Source of the DNA: an uncultured Carboxylicivirga sp.
GTDB lineage: Bacteria > Bacteroidota > Bacteroidia > Bacteroidales > Marinilabiliaceae
Assembly (NCBI GenBank): GCA_963674565.1
Contig: OY771430.1
Span: 3,032,879-3,096,878 of the forward strand
Reading direction: 5' to 3'
DNA: 64,000 bases
Shown here one piece after another: positions 26,927 to 36,700 of this stretch. The notes under the pieces were generated by a model, which worked only from the letters and a program-made list of their open reading frames with translations, did no database searches and had not been told where the DNA came from. The position numbers were made by a program, and so were the translations under genes. Every line of letters starts with the position of its first letter. Position 1 is the stretch's first letter.

Positions 26927-27245
26927 ATAGTTGGTTTAATTCCTTTTAGTTAGGTCGTAATTGTTATTTAGTTAATAACAAAACGCGAAAATAGTATGAA
27001 TAGAACAAAAAGATCATAAAGTCAAATTCATCTTTGACTAACATTTAAATATTATTGATTAATACTCTTGACATTAGATTTTAATCAAAAACATTTAAAC
27101 GATTCAGTAACCTTTTGAACATTTCATCAATTAATCCTAATGAGTAACTATCTTTTTATTTTCTAGCATTGATTTAGCAAAAATCAATTACTAACTTTTG
27201 AAACGAATCTAAACCAACTACTCACGGATATTATAAACACTCAAC

Positions 27246-27605
27246 ATGAAAAAAATTCTAATCATTGATGATGCCGATGACACCAGAAAAACCTTAAAAA
27301 CACTTCTAAGAGATCAGGACATAGAAATTTTGGAAGCTTGCAATGGCGTTGAAGGATGGGACATTATCATTAAAGAACATCCTGATCTTATCTTACTTGA
27401 TTTACACATGCCTCAAAAAGATGGCTTTTCAATTTTAGAGGATCTTGAAGAAGAATGGATGGGCATTCCTGTGGTTGTAGTGTCAGGAGATACAGAAGAA
27501 GAAACTATTGCCACCTGCAATTTCTTTGGGGCTAAAGCCTATTTAAAGAAGCCTATAGCTCTGGAGGAATTTAAAAAAGTAATAAAGGTTATTGAGGAGG
27601 CATAA
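27246..27605 (+). CDS. Single-domain response regulator (CheY-like receiver)
   Basis: KILIIDDADD, PDLILLDLHMPQKDG, VVVVSG and AYLKKP. Confidence 0.93.
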   Translation: MKKILIIDDADDTRKTLKTLLRDQDIEILEACNGVEGWDIIIKEHPDLILLDLHMPQKDGFSILEDLEEEWMGIPVVVVSGDTEEETIATCNFFGAKAYLKKPIALEEFKKVIKVIEEA

Positions 27606-27608
27606 TGA

Positions 27609-27638
27609 AAAAGGGCGATCAAAATGATCGCCCTCTCT
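27609..27638. terminator. Terminator between the response regulator and the 1949-aa gene
   Basis: AGGGCGATCA-AAA-TGATCGCCCT hairpin. Confidence 0.7.
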
Positions 27639-27655
27639 TATCTTTCACAATAAGA

Positions 27656-30600
27656 TTACTTACCTATCTTAACTTTTTCCTGATATGTATTTATACCACT
27701 GGATAATTCAATTATATAAATACCACTTTGAACATCAATTAAAGAATTATAATAATCTTCCTTGAATTTATCAGTAAAGACAACCCTTCCATCAACAGAA
27801 TAAACTGTCAAGGTTTTAGTATCAGCCCAATGGCAATTAATTACAAGATTATTTTTATTAATCACCTCAACATCAGGCTCAATACCATTTATAATATCAT
27901 CTTCAGATGTAGCAACTTTATTAAAGTACAGAACAAACCTTGGTTCATCAGCTGATGCATTATTAACAAAATTATACTCTGAAGTTTGTCTTAAATTAAC
28001 TATTTCACCAGTTAATACATCCTCGAGCAAAACTTCAGTATTTGAATCAAACTGCTCAATATTTAATGCCTTAAAAATTGTTTCACCAGAACCGTCTTCT
28101 CCAACTGAATTATACAATTGAATTGAATTAGAACCAATAATTTCAGGATAATAACCTATAACAAGATCTTGTCCTTCCTTCTTTGCGAATAAATAAGGAA
28201 TACGATTATTTGTCTCAAATCTTTTAATAGCATCGTTATCAACTTTATTATAACTACCATCTGCAGTAAAAGCAAATACTAACTCATCTCTTGTATATTT
28301 ATTTTCCAATGCTACTTTTAAAACCTGCTCACTGGTTACAGAGGCAGATTTCAGAGTTCCCGTACTATGTGTTCTGGCTGTAGCGTTTACTGCTATTGTT
28401 GCACCTGCTGACGCACTTACCCAGAACGACTGCATTGGAGCAATATACTGAGACGCATTATTCGTTGAGGTTTCAGGAGCATCAATTGGATAAGTTGCTA
28501 ATACTCTTTCAGTACCAACAGTAGTACGTATATAAACAGTTCTTTGGATATTTGTAAAATCCCAATGAACACCTGTTTCAGTTCTTTCCAAATCTAAATC
28601 AACATAAGACGGATAAGGATTTGCAACAAGATTCCAACCTGCATTTAAGCTCCTCGAATAATCTCCTCCATGAATAGAACCTTGATGACTAATCGTTGAC
28701 GAATTCTTAAATATAACAGCGTAGCCTTCCATTGGATCTGTAAAAGATGTACTATTATTTCCAATATTAACCCAACCACCGTTATATCTGTATACATAGG
28801 AATAATCTGTATTAGCAGCATCATAATCAGCACTAGTTGCTCCATCAACAGAATGACCAGTATACCAATATCTACGCGATGGATAATACATAACTGTTTG
28901 AACTTCACCAATACCAGATTCAGATGTAGATATAAAAGACGACAAATTATCGTAACGGCTCTTTAAGATCATTGTTCCATCATTAGTAAGTTGATCTACT
29001 GAAACCTGAACACCTTCATTAATAGTCATTCGAGCTCCTGTTTGAACATCTAAATCTCCTAATGTAACATTTGAAGTAACAATCGGATAAAAACTACCTT
29101 CAATATCAGCTGCAATTGTAACATCTTGTCCGGATGTTGGCGCAGCCCCACTACTCCAGTTAGTTGTTACATCCCAGGTAGGAGTTAAGCCTAACCATTG
29201 ATTATTTGTAATATTTACCGTATAATCTTCAGTCTCGCCATCAGCATTATCATCTGTTGCATCAGGATCACAAGACGTTAATAATGAATTTGAACTTAAC
29301 ATTACCCTCATAGTTGTACCACCAATCGAAGCTGTTGCAGGCACTGCAATAGTTATCGGCATTATTTCAGATCCACCGGCAGCAGTTCCTAAAGTATATT
29401 CTTCAGTAAATGTTCCATCTTCAAGAAGACCATTTTGATCCCAGTCAATCCATACTTTTAAAATTGCCCCTGCAGAAGCATTTATTGCAACAGACAAGTT
29501 ATAACTTACCTCTCGGGTAAGATTAGTAGATTGATCCAGATAAAAATTAACACTTGTCCCATCTGCTCCGGTATAGTTATTAATATCCCCTAAATAGACC
29601 ATTGAGATATAGTTACTATTACTTGCCATTACAGGTGTACAATAACTTGAGAAATAGACTGGTTGATATGTTCCCTCATAAGTTCCATCAGATGCGGTTA
29701 TTACAACAGGACCTCCTGCCACCGAATAAGTATAGGATGGGAATACTGCCACTCCATTTTTACTGGTATTACTATCAACATTACCCGAGGAAGCCAATCC
29801 AAGATCATTCGTTAAAGTAACCGTTCCCTGATAATCTATATCAAGATTATTATTTGCATCGACAGCCCAAACCTCAGGTGTAGTTAATAATACCTGATTA
29901 ATTGGATTATAGTTTGATGGCTCTACAGCAAAATAGAATTTAGTTACATCAACATCTATTGGAGTCGTATTTGTAATACTTTCTGATACTCCACCACCAA
30001 AGCCGGATCCATTATAAGCAACTAAATCATCTTCAGTTAAATTTAGCTTAATTGTTTCATTATCCCCATCAATATCCATTGTTGTTTTAAGATACAGGTA
30101 TAATTCATATGTTTTAGTTGTTCCATCAGCAACAGTAATTATGTCTTCTTGCTGAAACACTAAAGTTGTAGAATAAACAGTTGCATACCCTAAAATTGCT
30201 CCATCCTTTTCTTTCAGGTAGGCACCACTTACTACTTCAGTCAAATCAGTAATTGTACTGGTTCCATCCAAAGAAAAAGTTAATCCATTAACAACAGTTG
30301 ATTTACCATCTGCAGTACCTTCATCTGTTATATCGAAATCCATTAGCATTGTTGCCGTAGCGACTGAATTTGACAATGATGATATTTCTGTTGCTCTACC
30401 ACTAATATCTAATGGATTAGTTAATTTACTATCATCATCATAGGCTCCTGTAATGGCAATATTATCAATGCTCCATGCAGGCTGCGTTGCGCTAGAACCA
30501 CTCGCATCCCATTGAAACTTTAAAGTTAACGGAGTATTAGTAATATAAGACGAAATATCCACTTCTCTTTTAGTCCAAGTGGCATCACTATAAATATTAG

Positions 30601-33505
30601 TTATAACAGTGGTTTCAGCTAATCCATTGCCACTTATTATTACTGATCCTTCACCATTATTATTTGAACCACCAACATAACTATAAAATGACAAGTAAGC
30701 AGAAGAAAAACCACTTAAATCAATTGTTTCCCCACTCAATTCAAAAGTTATGGTTCCTCCACCTTTTGTATACGTTGCATTAACTCCTCCATCATTTGAT
30801 ACAAACATCACCTCACTGCCAGAGAAAGGAGTAACATTACCAGGATTTTCCTGAACAAATTGATTACTTTTTCCATCTGCATCGGAAATTAACCAACTGT
30901 GTTTATAACCTGAACCATCATTCTCAAAATCTTCAAAGAATCCTACATTCAATGGTGTCGTTGCATTAGCAACCAAAGCATCCACATCATCTGTATAAAT
31001 CAAGCCTGACTTATGCCAGATTTTATAAGCATAACGTGTATTTAATTTCAAACCCGAATGAGAGTAACTTGATCCTGTTCCTATGTATATAATTGTACCT
31101 CCTCCCGAAAGAATATCTCCTTCAGAATAGGTTGTACCACTTGTCAATGTTCCTGCGACATCTCCACTCGTCAATTCTTCAGCAACAATAACCACTTCGT
31201 CTAGTCCAGAATAACTAGTCCAACTTAAATCATTGGCATTTGTATTGCCGTTAACAGCAGCAAAAGCTGTTGGAGCATAAATACTACCTGTAAGTGAAAT
31301 ATCATCAACGCAAAAGCCTGGATTTGCCCCTGTTGTTTGATAATTTTTATACATCCTAAATTTTATTTCACTTACATTTCCCAAATAAGATGAATTAATT
31401 GGTATAGATGCTGTTGTCCAGGATGTTTGATTTGCATATTGCTGGCTACTAATATTATTTGCATCAATAAAAACCTGACCATATTCATTATACAATTTAG
31501 CATCTGACATCCATGCAAAATCTAATTGGGCACTTTTAAATCCTTTTAAGTTTACTGGCAGAACCAAATCCACACTGTAATCATGACTCTCTAAAGAGTA
31601 TGAAGCCGTTAATCCATTGTCAACAGAAACATATGCTGACTTACTTCCTCCATTTTTAACAGCACGCCCCTGTTCCCATGCATGATATTGATTACTACCA
31701 AATGAAAAGGAAGTAGCATCCTCTTCAAAATCTTCAACGAATGGCAAAGTCACAGGCATTGAAGTACTGGTTGAAACTCCTACTGAATAGGTATTTCCAG
31801 CGCCAACCGTCCAGGCTTTATAATAAGCAACACCCGCAGTTACACTTTCATGCAAAAAAGTCTCATCAGTACCTTTATAAATAACTTGTCCTCCTCCGGG
31901 AAGATAATCATTTACACTGTAACTGGTACCTTTTACCGGATCTCCAATTAAAGGATCTCCAAATGTTCCACTTGATGAATAAGCCAATAAAACAATATCA
32001 CCGGCTGTGTCAGCATTCCATGTTAAACTAACATCATCTGTCCCTGAAACTGAAGCTGAAAAATTCTGAGGTCTGGCAACAGTTCTACCTGTTACTCTTA
32101 CATCATCAATACAAAAACCAGGATTATTAGGAGACACTTCCCATTTAGTATCCCACATAAAATAAAGAGTATAAGTCCCTCCAGCAACTAAATCAATATA
32201 ATCAGTTATATCAATACTTTTTTCTGTCCAGGTTGCTTGTCCTGCAAATTCCTGAGCATTACTGATTAATGTGGATGTATTTCCAAAATACACTTCTCCA
32301 AAATCACTTCCTTCATTACCTCCTGCCTTCCAGAAAAAGGATAACTCAACACTCTTATAGCTTCCTGCCGGGATTGTAATATCTCTATATAAGTAAATAG
32401 GATTATGATTTTCAGCCCTATATGAGGCTGTTGTACCAACGCCTCCATCATTAGTAGTGATATATGAACTTTGACTGCCTCTATAAGCAGTTGCCGAGCC
32501 AATATACCATTCATGATTTTGGCTTGCACCCCAACTGGTAGACTCTTTAGTCCAGACATTATCACCGGTTTCATCTTCAAAGTCAGCATAAAGAATAGTT
32601 TCTGCTCCTGTAGTTGTCGCATTCAATTCAATACCACTGTATGAGAAATTATTCGATGCGTCAACTGACCATATTTTATAATAATAGGGTGTAAATTCTG
32701 TCAGACCGGTATGAGAGAATGGAGACGCTTCATCATACGTTATGTCTCCAACATAAAGAATGGTACCTCCCCCAACAATACTATTATTAGTAATCGGGTC
32801 GTATGCTGTACCATCTATTGGATCTCCAAAAACTCCATCAGTAGAGAAAGCTACCAAAACATCATCAGAATTATCATTTTTATTCCAATACATTCCTATT
32901 TCCGTATCTTGAACCGATGAAATAACAAAACTATTGACTTCAAGCACATCACTACCATCGACAATTACACTAGAGATATTCCAATCTTCACCTTTTATAT
33001 CTGGTAGAATCCTTACAAAAGCCAGGTAAATTGTCTCGCCTGAAAAATCACTCAGATCAATTGATTGAGTTGTATTAAACCCTACAGTTCCTGTATAGGA
33101 AAGTAATGTTGTAAAAGAGCTAACATCTCTGGTTGTTGTTGAAATAAGAATTTCAAATTCAGATTCAGCACTTGTTTTAGTTTGTGACTGTACATAAATT
33201 AATTCATTACTTCCATCAGCTAAAGTGATCTGTGGACTTATTAAATAAGCCTTTACTCTATCACCTGGCTTTGCAGCTTCTTTAGTAACCGATGCAACTC
33301 CAGAAAAGGTCCAGTGTTTATGATTACCTGAAACATTAATTGTTTCATACCACAAAGCATCATCCGGAGTATCACCATCCGCTACCAAACTTGAAGGCAA
33401 AAATGCTGTTTCTGTAAAAATCTGTGCATTTAATCCAGACATGATTAAAAGCACTACTAAAACAGCTGTACACCTCTTCATAAATCCCTTGTACAAATAT
33501 TTCAT
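27656..33505 (-). CDS. Large T9SS-secreted protein with repeated jelly-roll/FN3-like modules, a GEVED domain and type A CTD, 1949 aa
   Basis: Signal peptide; an N-terminal cleaved-adhesin-like segment (YLISPQI...IYLAF); three EDFE repeats; a GEVED-like VWIDWDQNG...TTMRV...GETEDY segment; C-terminal VYSVDGRVV...SGIYII...EKVKI. Confidence 0.78.
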   Translation of the reverse strand: MKYLYKGFMKRCTAVLVVLLIMSGLNAQIFTETAFLPSSLVADGDTPDDALWYETINVSGNHKHWTFSGVASVTKEAAKPGDRVKAYLISPQITLADGSNELIYVQSQTKTSAESEFEILISTTTRDVSSFTTLLSYTGTVGFNTTQSIDLSDFSGETIYLAFVRILPDIKGEDWNISSVIVDGSDVLEVNSFVISSVQDTEIGMYWNKNDNSDDVLVAFSTDGVFGDPIDGTAYDPITNNSIVGGGTILYVGDITYDEASPFSHTGLTEFTPYYYKIWSVDASNNFSYSGIELNATTTGAETILYADFEDETGDNVWTKESTSWGASQNHEWYIGSATAYRGSQSSYITTNDGGVGTTASYRAENHNPIYLYRDITIPAGSYKSVELSFFWKAGGNEGSDFGEVYFGNTSTLISNAQEFAGQATWTEKSIDITDYIDLVAGGTYTLYFMWDTKWEVSPNNPGFCIDDVRVTGRTVARPQNFSASVSGTDDVSLTWNADTAGDIVLLAYSSSGTFGDPLIGDPVKGTSYSVNDYLPGGGQVIYKGTDETFLHESVTAGVAYYKAWTVGAGNTYSVGVSTSTSMPVTLPFVEDFEEDATSFSFGSNQYHAWEQGRAVKNGGSKSAYVSVDNGLTASYSLESHDYSVDLVLPVNLKGFKSAQLDFAWMSDAKLYNEYGQVFIDANNISSQQYANQTSWTTASIPINSSYLGNVSEIKFRMYKNYQTTGANPGFCVDDISLTGSIYAPTAFAAVNGNTNANDLSWTSYSGLDEVVIVAEELTSGDVAGTLTSGTTYSEGDILSGGGTIIYIGTGSSYSHSGLKLNTRYAYKIWHKSGLIYTDDVDALVANATTPLNVGFFEDFENDGSGYKHSWLISDADGKSNQFVQENPGNVTPFSGSEVMFVSNDGGVNATYTKGGGTITFELSGETIDLSGFSSAYLSFYSYVGGSNNNGEGSVIISGNGLAETTVITNIYSDATWTKREVDISSYITNTPLTLKFQWDASGSSATQPAWSIDNIAITGAYDDDSKLTNPLDISGRATEISSLSNSVATATMLMDFDITDEGTADGKSTVVNGLTFSLDGTSTITDLTEVVSGAYLKEKDGAILGYATVYSTTLVFQQEDIITVADGTTKTYELYLYLKTTMDIDGDNETIKLNLTEDDLVAYNGSGFGGGVSESITNTTPIDVDVTKFYFAVEPSNYNPINQVLLTTPEVWAVDANNNLDIDYQGTVTLTNDLGLASSGNVDSNTSKNGVAVFPSYTYSVAGGPVVITASDGTYEGTYQPVYFSSYCTPVMASNSNYISMVYLGDINNYTGADGTSVNFYLDQSTNLTREVSYNLSVAINASAGAILKVWIDWDQNGLLEDGTFTEEYTLGTAAGGSEIMPITIAVPATASIGGTTMRVMLSSNSLLTSCDPDATDDNADGETEDYTVNITNNQWLGLTPTWDVTTNWSSGAAPTSGQDVTIAADIEGSFYPIVTSNVTLGDLDVQTGARMTINEGVQVSVDQLTNDGTMILKSRYDNLSSFISTSESGIGEVQTVMYYPSRRYWYTGHSVDGATSADYDAANTDYSYVYRYNGGWVNIGNNSTSFTDPMEGYAVIFKNSSTISHQGSIHGGDYSRSLNAGWNLVANPYPSYVDLDLERTETGVHWDFTNIQRTVYIRTTVGTERVLATYPIDAPETSTNNASQYIAPMQSFWVSASAGATIAVNATARTHSTGTLKSASVTSEQVLKVALENKYTRDELVFAFTADGSYNKVDNDAIKRFETNNRIPYLFAKKEGQDLVIGYYPEIIGSNSIQLYNSVGEDGSGETIFKALNIEQFDSNTEVLLEDVLTGEIVNLRQTSEYNFVNNASADEPRFVLYFNKVATSEDDIINGIEPDVEVINKNNLVINCHWADTKTLTVYSVDGRVVFTDKFKEDYYNSLIDVQSGIYIIELSSGINTYQEKVKIGK

Positions 33506-33674
33506 AGATCAACAATGTTGAGTTATTAAAGTGTAATCTTTCTTACACATATATATCTATCAACATTTGTACGAATAGAGATGTTTATGGTTACGCAATA
33601 ATTTACAATCCAATCATGAGTTAGAACTAATTTTCTCTAATATATTTATCCGTATAAATTATAGAATGCATAAA

Positions 33675-33715
33675 ATCAAAAAGATCCATTGAAAAAGTCA
33701 ATGGATCTTTTTGAT
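33675..33715. terminator. Terminator of the 1887-aa gene
   Basis: Perfect 18-bp inverted repeat ATCAAAAAGATCCATTGA-AAAAG-TCAATGGATCTTTTTGAT. Confidence 0.8.
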
Positions 33716-33733
33716 AATAAGTTGTGAATACTC

Positions 33734-36700
33734 TTATTCTACAAATATTTTTTGGGTATGTATTTGATTAATACCTACAACCTTTATGATATATACACCT
33801 TGTTTATTCCATTCCATTCTATGTTCAGTGCCTGTAAATGAGGTGGAATTAATTAATTGACCATTCAAATTATATAACGAGACTCCTTTGCTTTGTTCTT
33901 CCCAATTACACTTAATGTAAATATCACCTTTAATACAACTTACACTAACATCATTGTTCTTATTACTTATTGAAGTAGGAACCTCATCTTCAGCATCAAA
34001 TGAACCAATTAATAAATGTAATATAAATCTATCATCACAAAGCCCTTTATTGGTAGTAAAAGTATAATTATTTGTCAATCGGAGATCAACGAATTGACCT
34101 TTAACCTTATCTTCCAGAATGATCTCTTTTTCAGCATCAAATGTACTAATACCACCAACACTTAAAACATGCTCTCCATCACAAAAAGCCTTAAATCCAA
34201 TTTGAATAGCACACGAATCGAACTCTGTTGGAAGAACATTAATTACAGCCTTATTATCTGACTTTAAAGAATAAAGATATGATAGTTTATTATCTGATTC
34301 CATCCTTATTTTTGAATCCAACTTACTAAAATCAAATGTACCATTATCCCTTAATGCCACAACCGATTCGCTTGAAGTGAATTCATTTTGCAAATTAATT
34401 CGTAATGTATTTTGGTTTCTATAAGAGGACTTAAGTGCTGCAGAACCATGTATACGCTTATCAGCATTCATAAAGACATCACCATTTGCCGCCTTTTCAA
34501 CCCAAAAACTTTGCCCCGGTGCCAATATTCCATCAAATGTTTCCGGAGTAGTAATACCTGTTAAAACATTGTAGGTTGCCAAATAACGACTATTCCAATC
34601 GTCTCCTGTGCGGACATAAACTGATCCTTTAGTATTTCTAAAATCACCTGTTATATCATCCTCTACAGTTAACTGATAATATGAAGGATAAGGATTAGCC
34701 ATTAATTGCCATCCATAAGATAGTGTTTTTGAATATGAGGTGTTGTTATTCAGTTCTCCCGTATGAACAAACTCTGTTCCTTCATTCTTAACGATTAAAG
34801 AATAGCCTTCCATTGGATCTGAAAAAGAATAAGGATCTGATAATACATTCCATGAACCTATGTAATTATACAAGAAATAAGCATTATCACCAGAAATTGC
34901 ATCATCGTAGTCACTAATATCAATTCCTGTAACGGAATGACCTATATACCAATAGCGTCTGCTTGAATAAGTCCAGTTAACAGTTACATCACCTGTAACG
35001 TTTCCTCCTGTTATAACAGAACTTGGAGAAACATTAGTATTTTTAATCACTAAACCTCCATTAGTAATTACATCTCCGTTAATGTTCACTTTTGAGCCAG
35101 CGCTAATTGTTAAAGATGCATTTTCTGCTATTTCTAAATCATTCATTGAAACAGTTCCTGATATGATTGGGAAAACATCATTATAATAAGGATGTTCAGG
35201 TATATACACATCAGTTCCTCCATCAGGAATAGCTCCTGATGACCAGTTTTGCGTTCTGCTCCAAACATTTGTCTGACCTAGCCAACCTTCTCCACTTATT
35301 ATAACAATATAATCTTCCGATTCACCTTCTGTTGCTAATGAATTAATACATGCTGTATTACTATTACCTCCATCGATTACCTGAACTCTCATACGAGTAG
35401 CCCCATATTGCAAATTGACATTAGATGCAACATTAACAGTCCCCTCTAAAACAGTTACACCACTTCTACTAACAGATCCGGTATACACTTCTTCTCCTGC
35501 TTCAAATACTTCATCACCATCCCAATCTATCCAAACAGTTACGTTACTGTTACCATCCGCATCATAAACACCTATAGAAATACTATAATCCACATCAACG
35601 GTTAGTGATGCTTCCTGATCAAGATAAATACCATACCCATTAGATGAATAGCTACTGGTATTGTTGATGGTATTTATAATTACATTACTAATATATAAGT
35701 TTGCATCGCCGGCAAGTATCGGCACACAATATTTCTGGATATTTATTTCTTCTGATATTACGTTATCCCAATCAGAGTATGAGGCAGTAAGATATACGGT
35801 TTCCGAATCGCTACCAGTAAAGGATAAGTTGGAAAATGTAGCTATACCACTTGATGCAACGACACTTGTTGGGCTCATGATTAATGAACCATTACTAACC
35901 AAATCTATTGCGCTACCAAAATCCAGATCAATATTTCCATTCGCATCTACGGCACTAATCCGCGGAACAACAGCCAATGCCTCACCAATAGTTGCATATT
36001 CCGATGGCTGTTGTATGATTTCAATAGCCGTGGCTACCACATTTATTGTTACAGCCCCACTCTCTACCAGTTGATCTACCACAAAATCGTCTCCTAAACC
36101 GGTTACAATATTATTACTGTTTACAGCAAAATCAAATGCATCATTGTCATTTACACCCAATGAATTTATATCGGGCATTAACCACACCTTTAAGGAATAA
36201 GTTTCTGCCACTCCTTCCTGTTCTAATAATATAAAATCTGTTCCTGTAAATGTTATTGCTCCACTGGTTATTACGCCTTCTATTCCTGCAGCGTCTATAT
36301 CCGGCCCAAAAAGTAAAGCTCCACCTAATACATCCGACCAATCATCGATTTCATTGGCTGCTCCCTTGCTGATTACCAATTGTTGAATTCTTGTTATATC
36401 AGAATACAACGAAGCCTTATCTGTTAAATCAAATTCAAATACAGATATACCAGTACCTGAATCATTTAATACAGAACTGATACTGGTTGCAAGCCGATTG
36501 CTGTTATCGACAATAGAAGTAGCTGCATAAATACCACCAACCTCAATATTATCGATACAAAAACCAGGATTGTTCCCATTATTATTGTTATCATTTACCC
36601 ATCTAAACTCCAGGGTTTGATCACCAACCACACCACAATAGGCACTTAAATCAACAACTGCAGTTTGCCAGGTAGTTTCCCCAGAATACTGTGGTGATCC

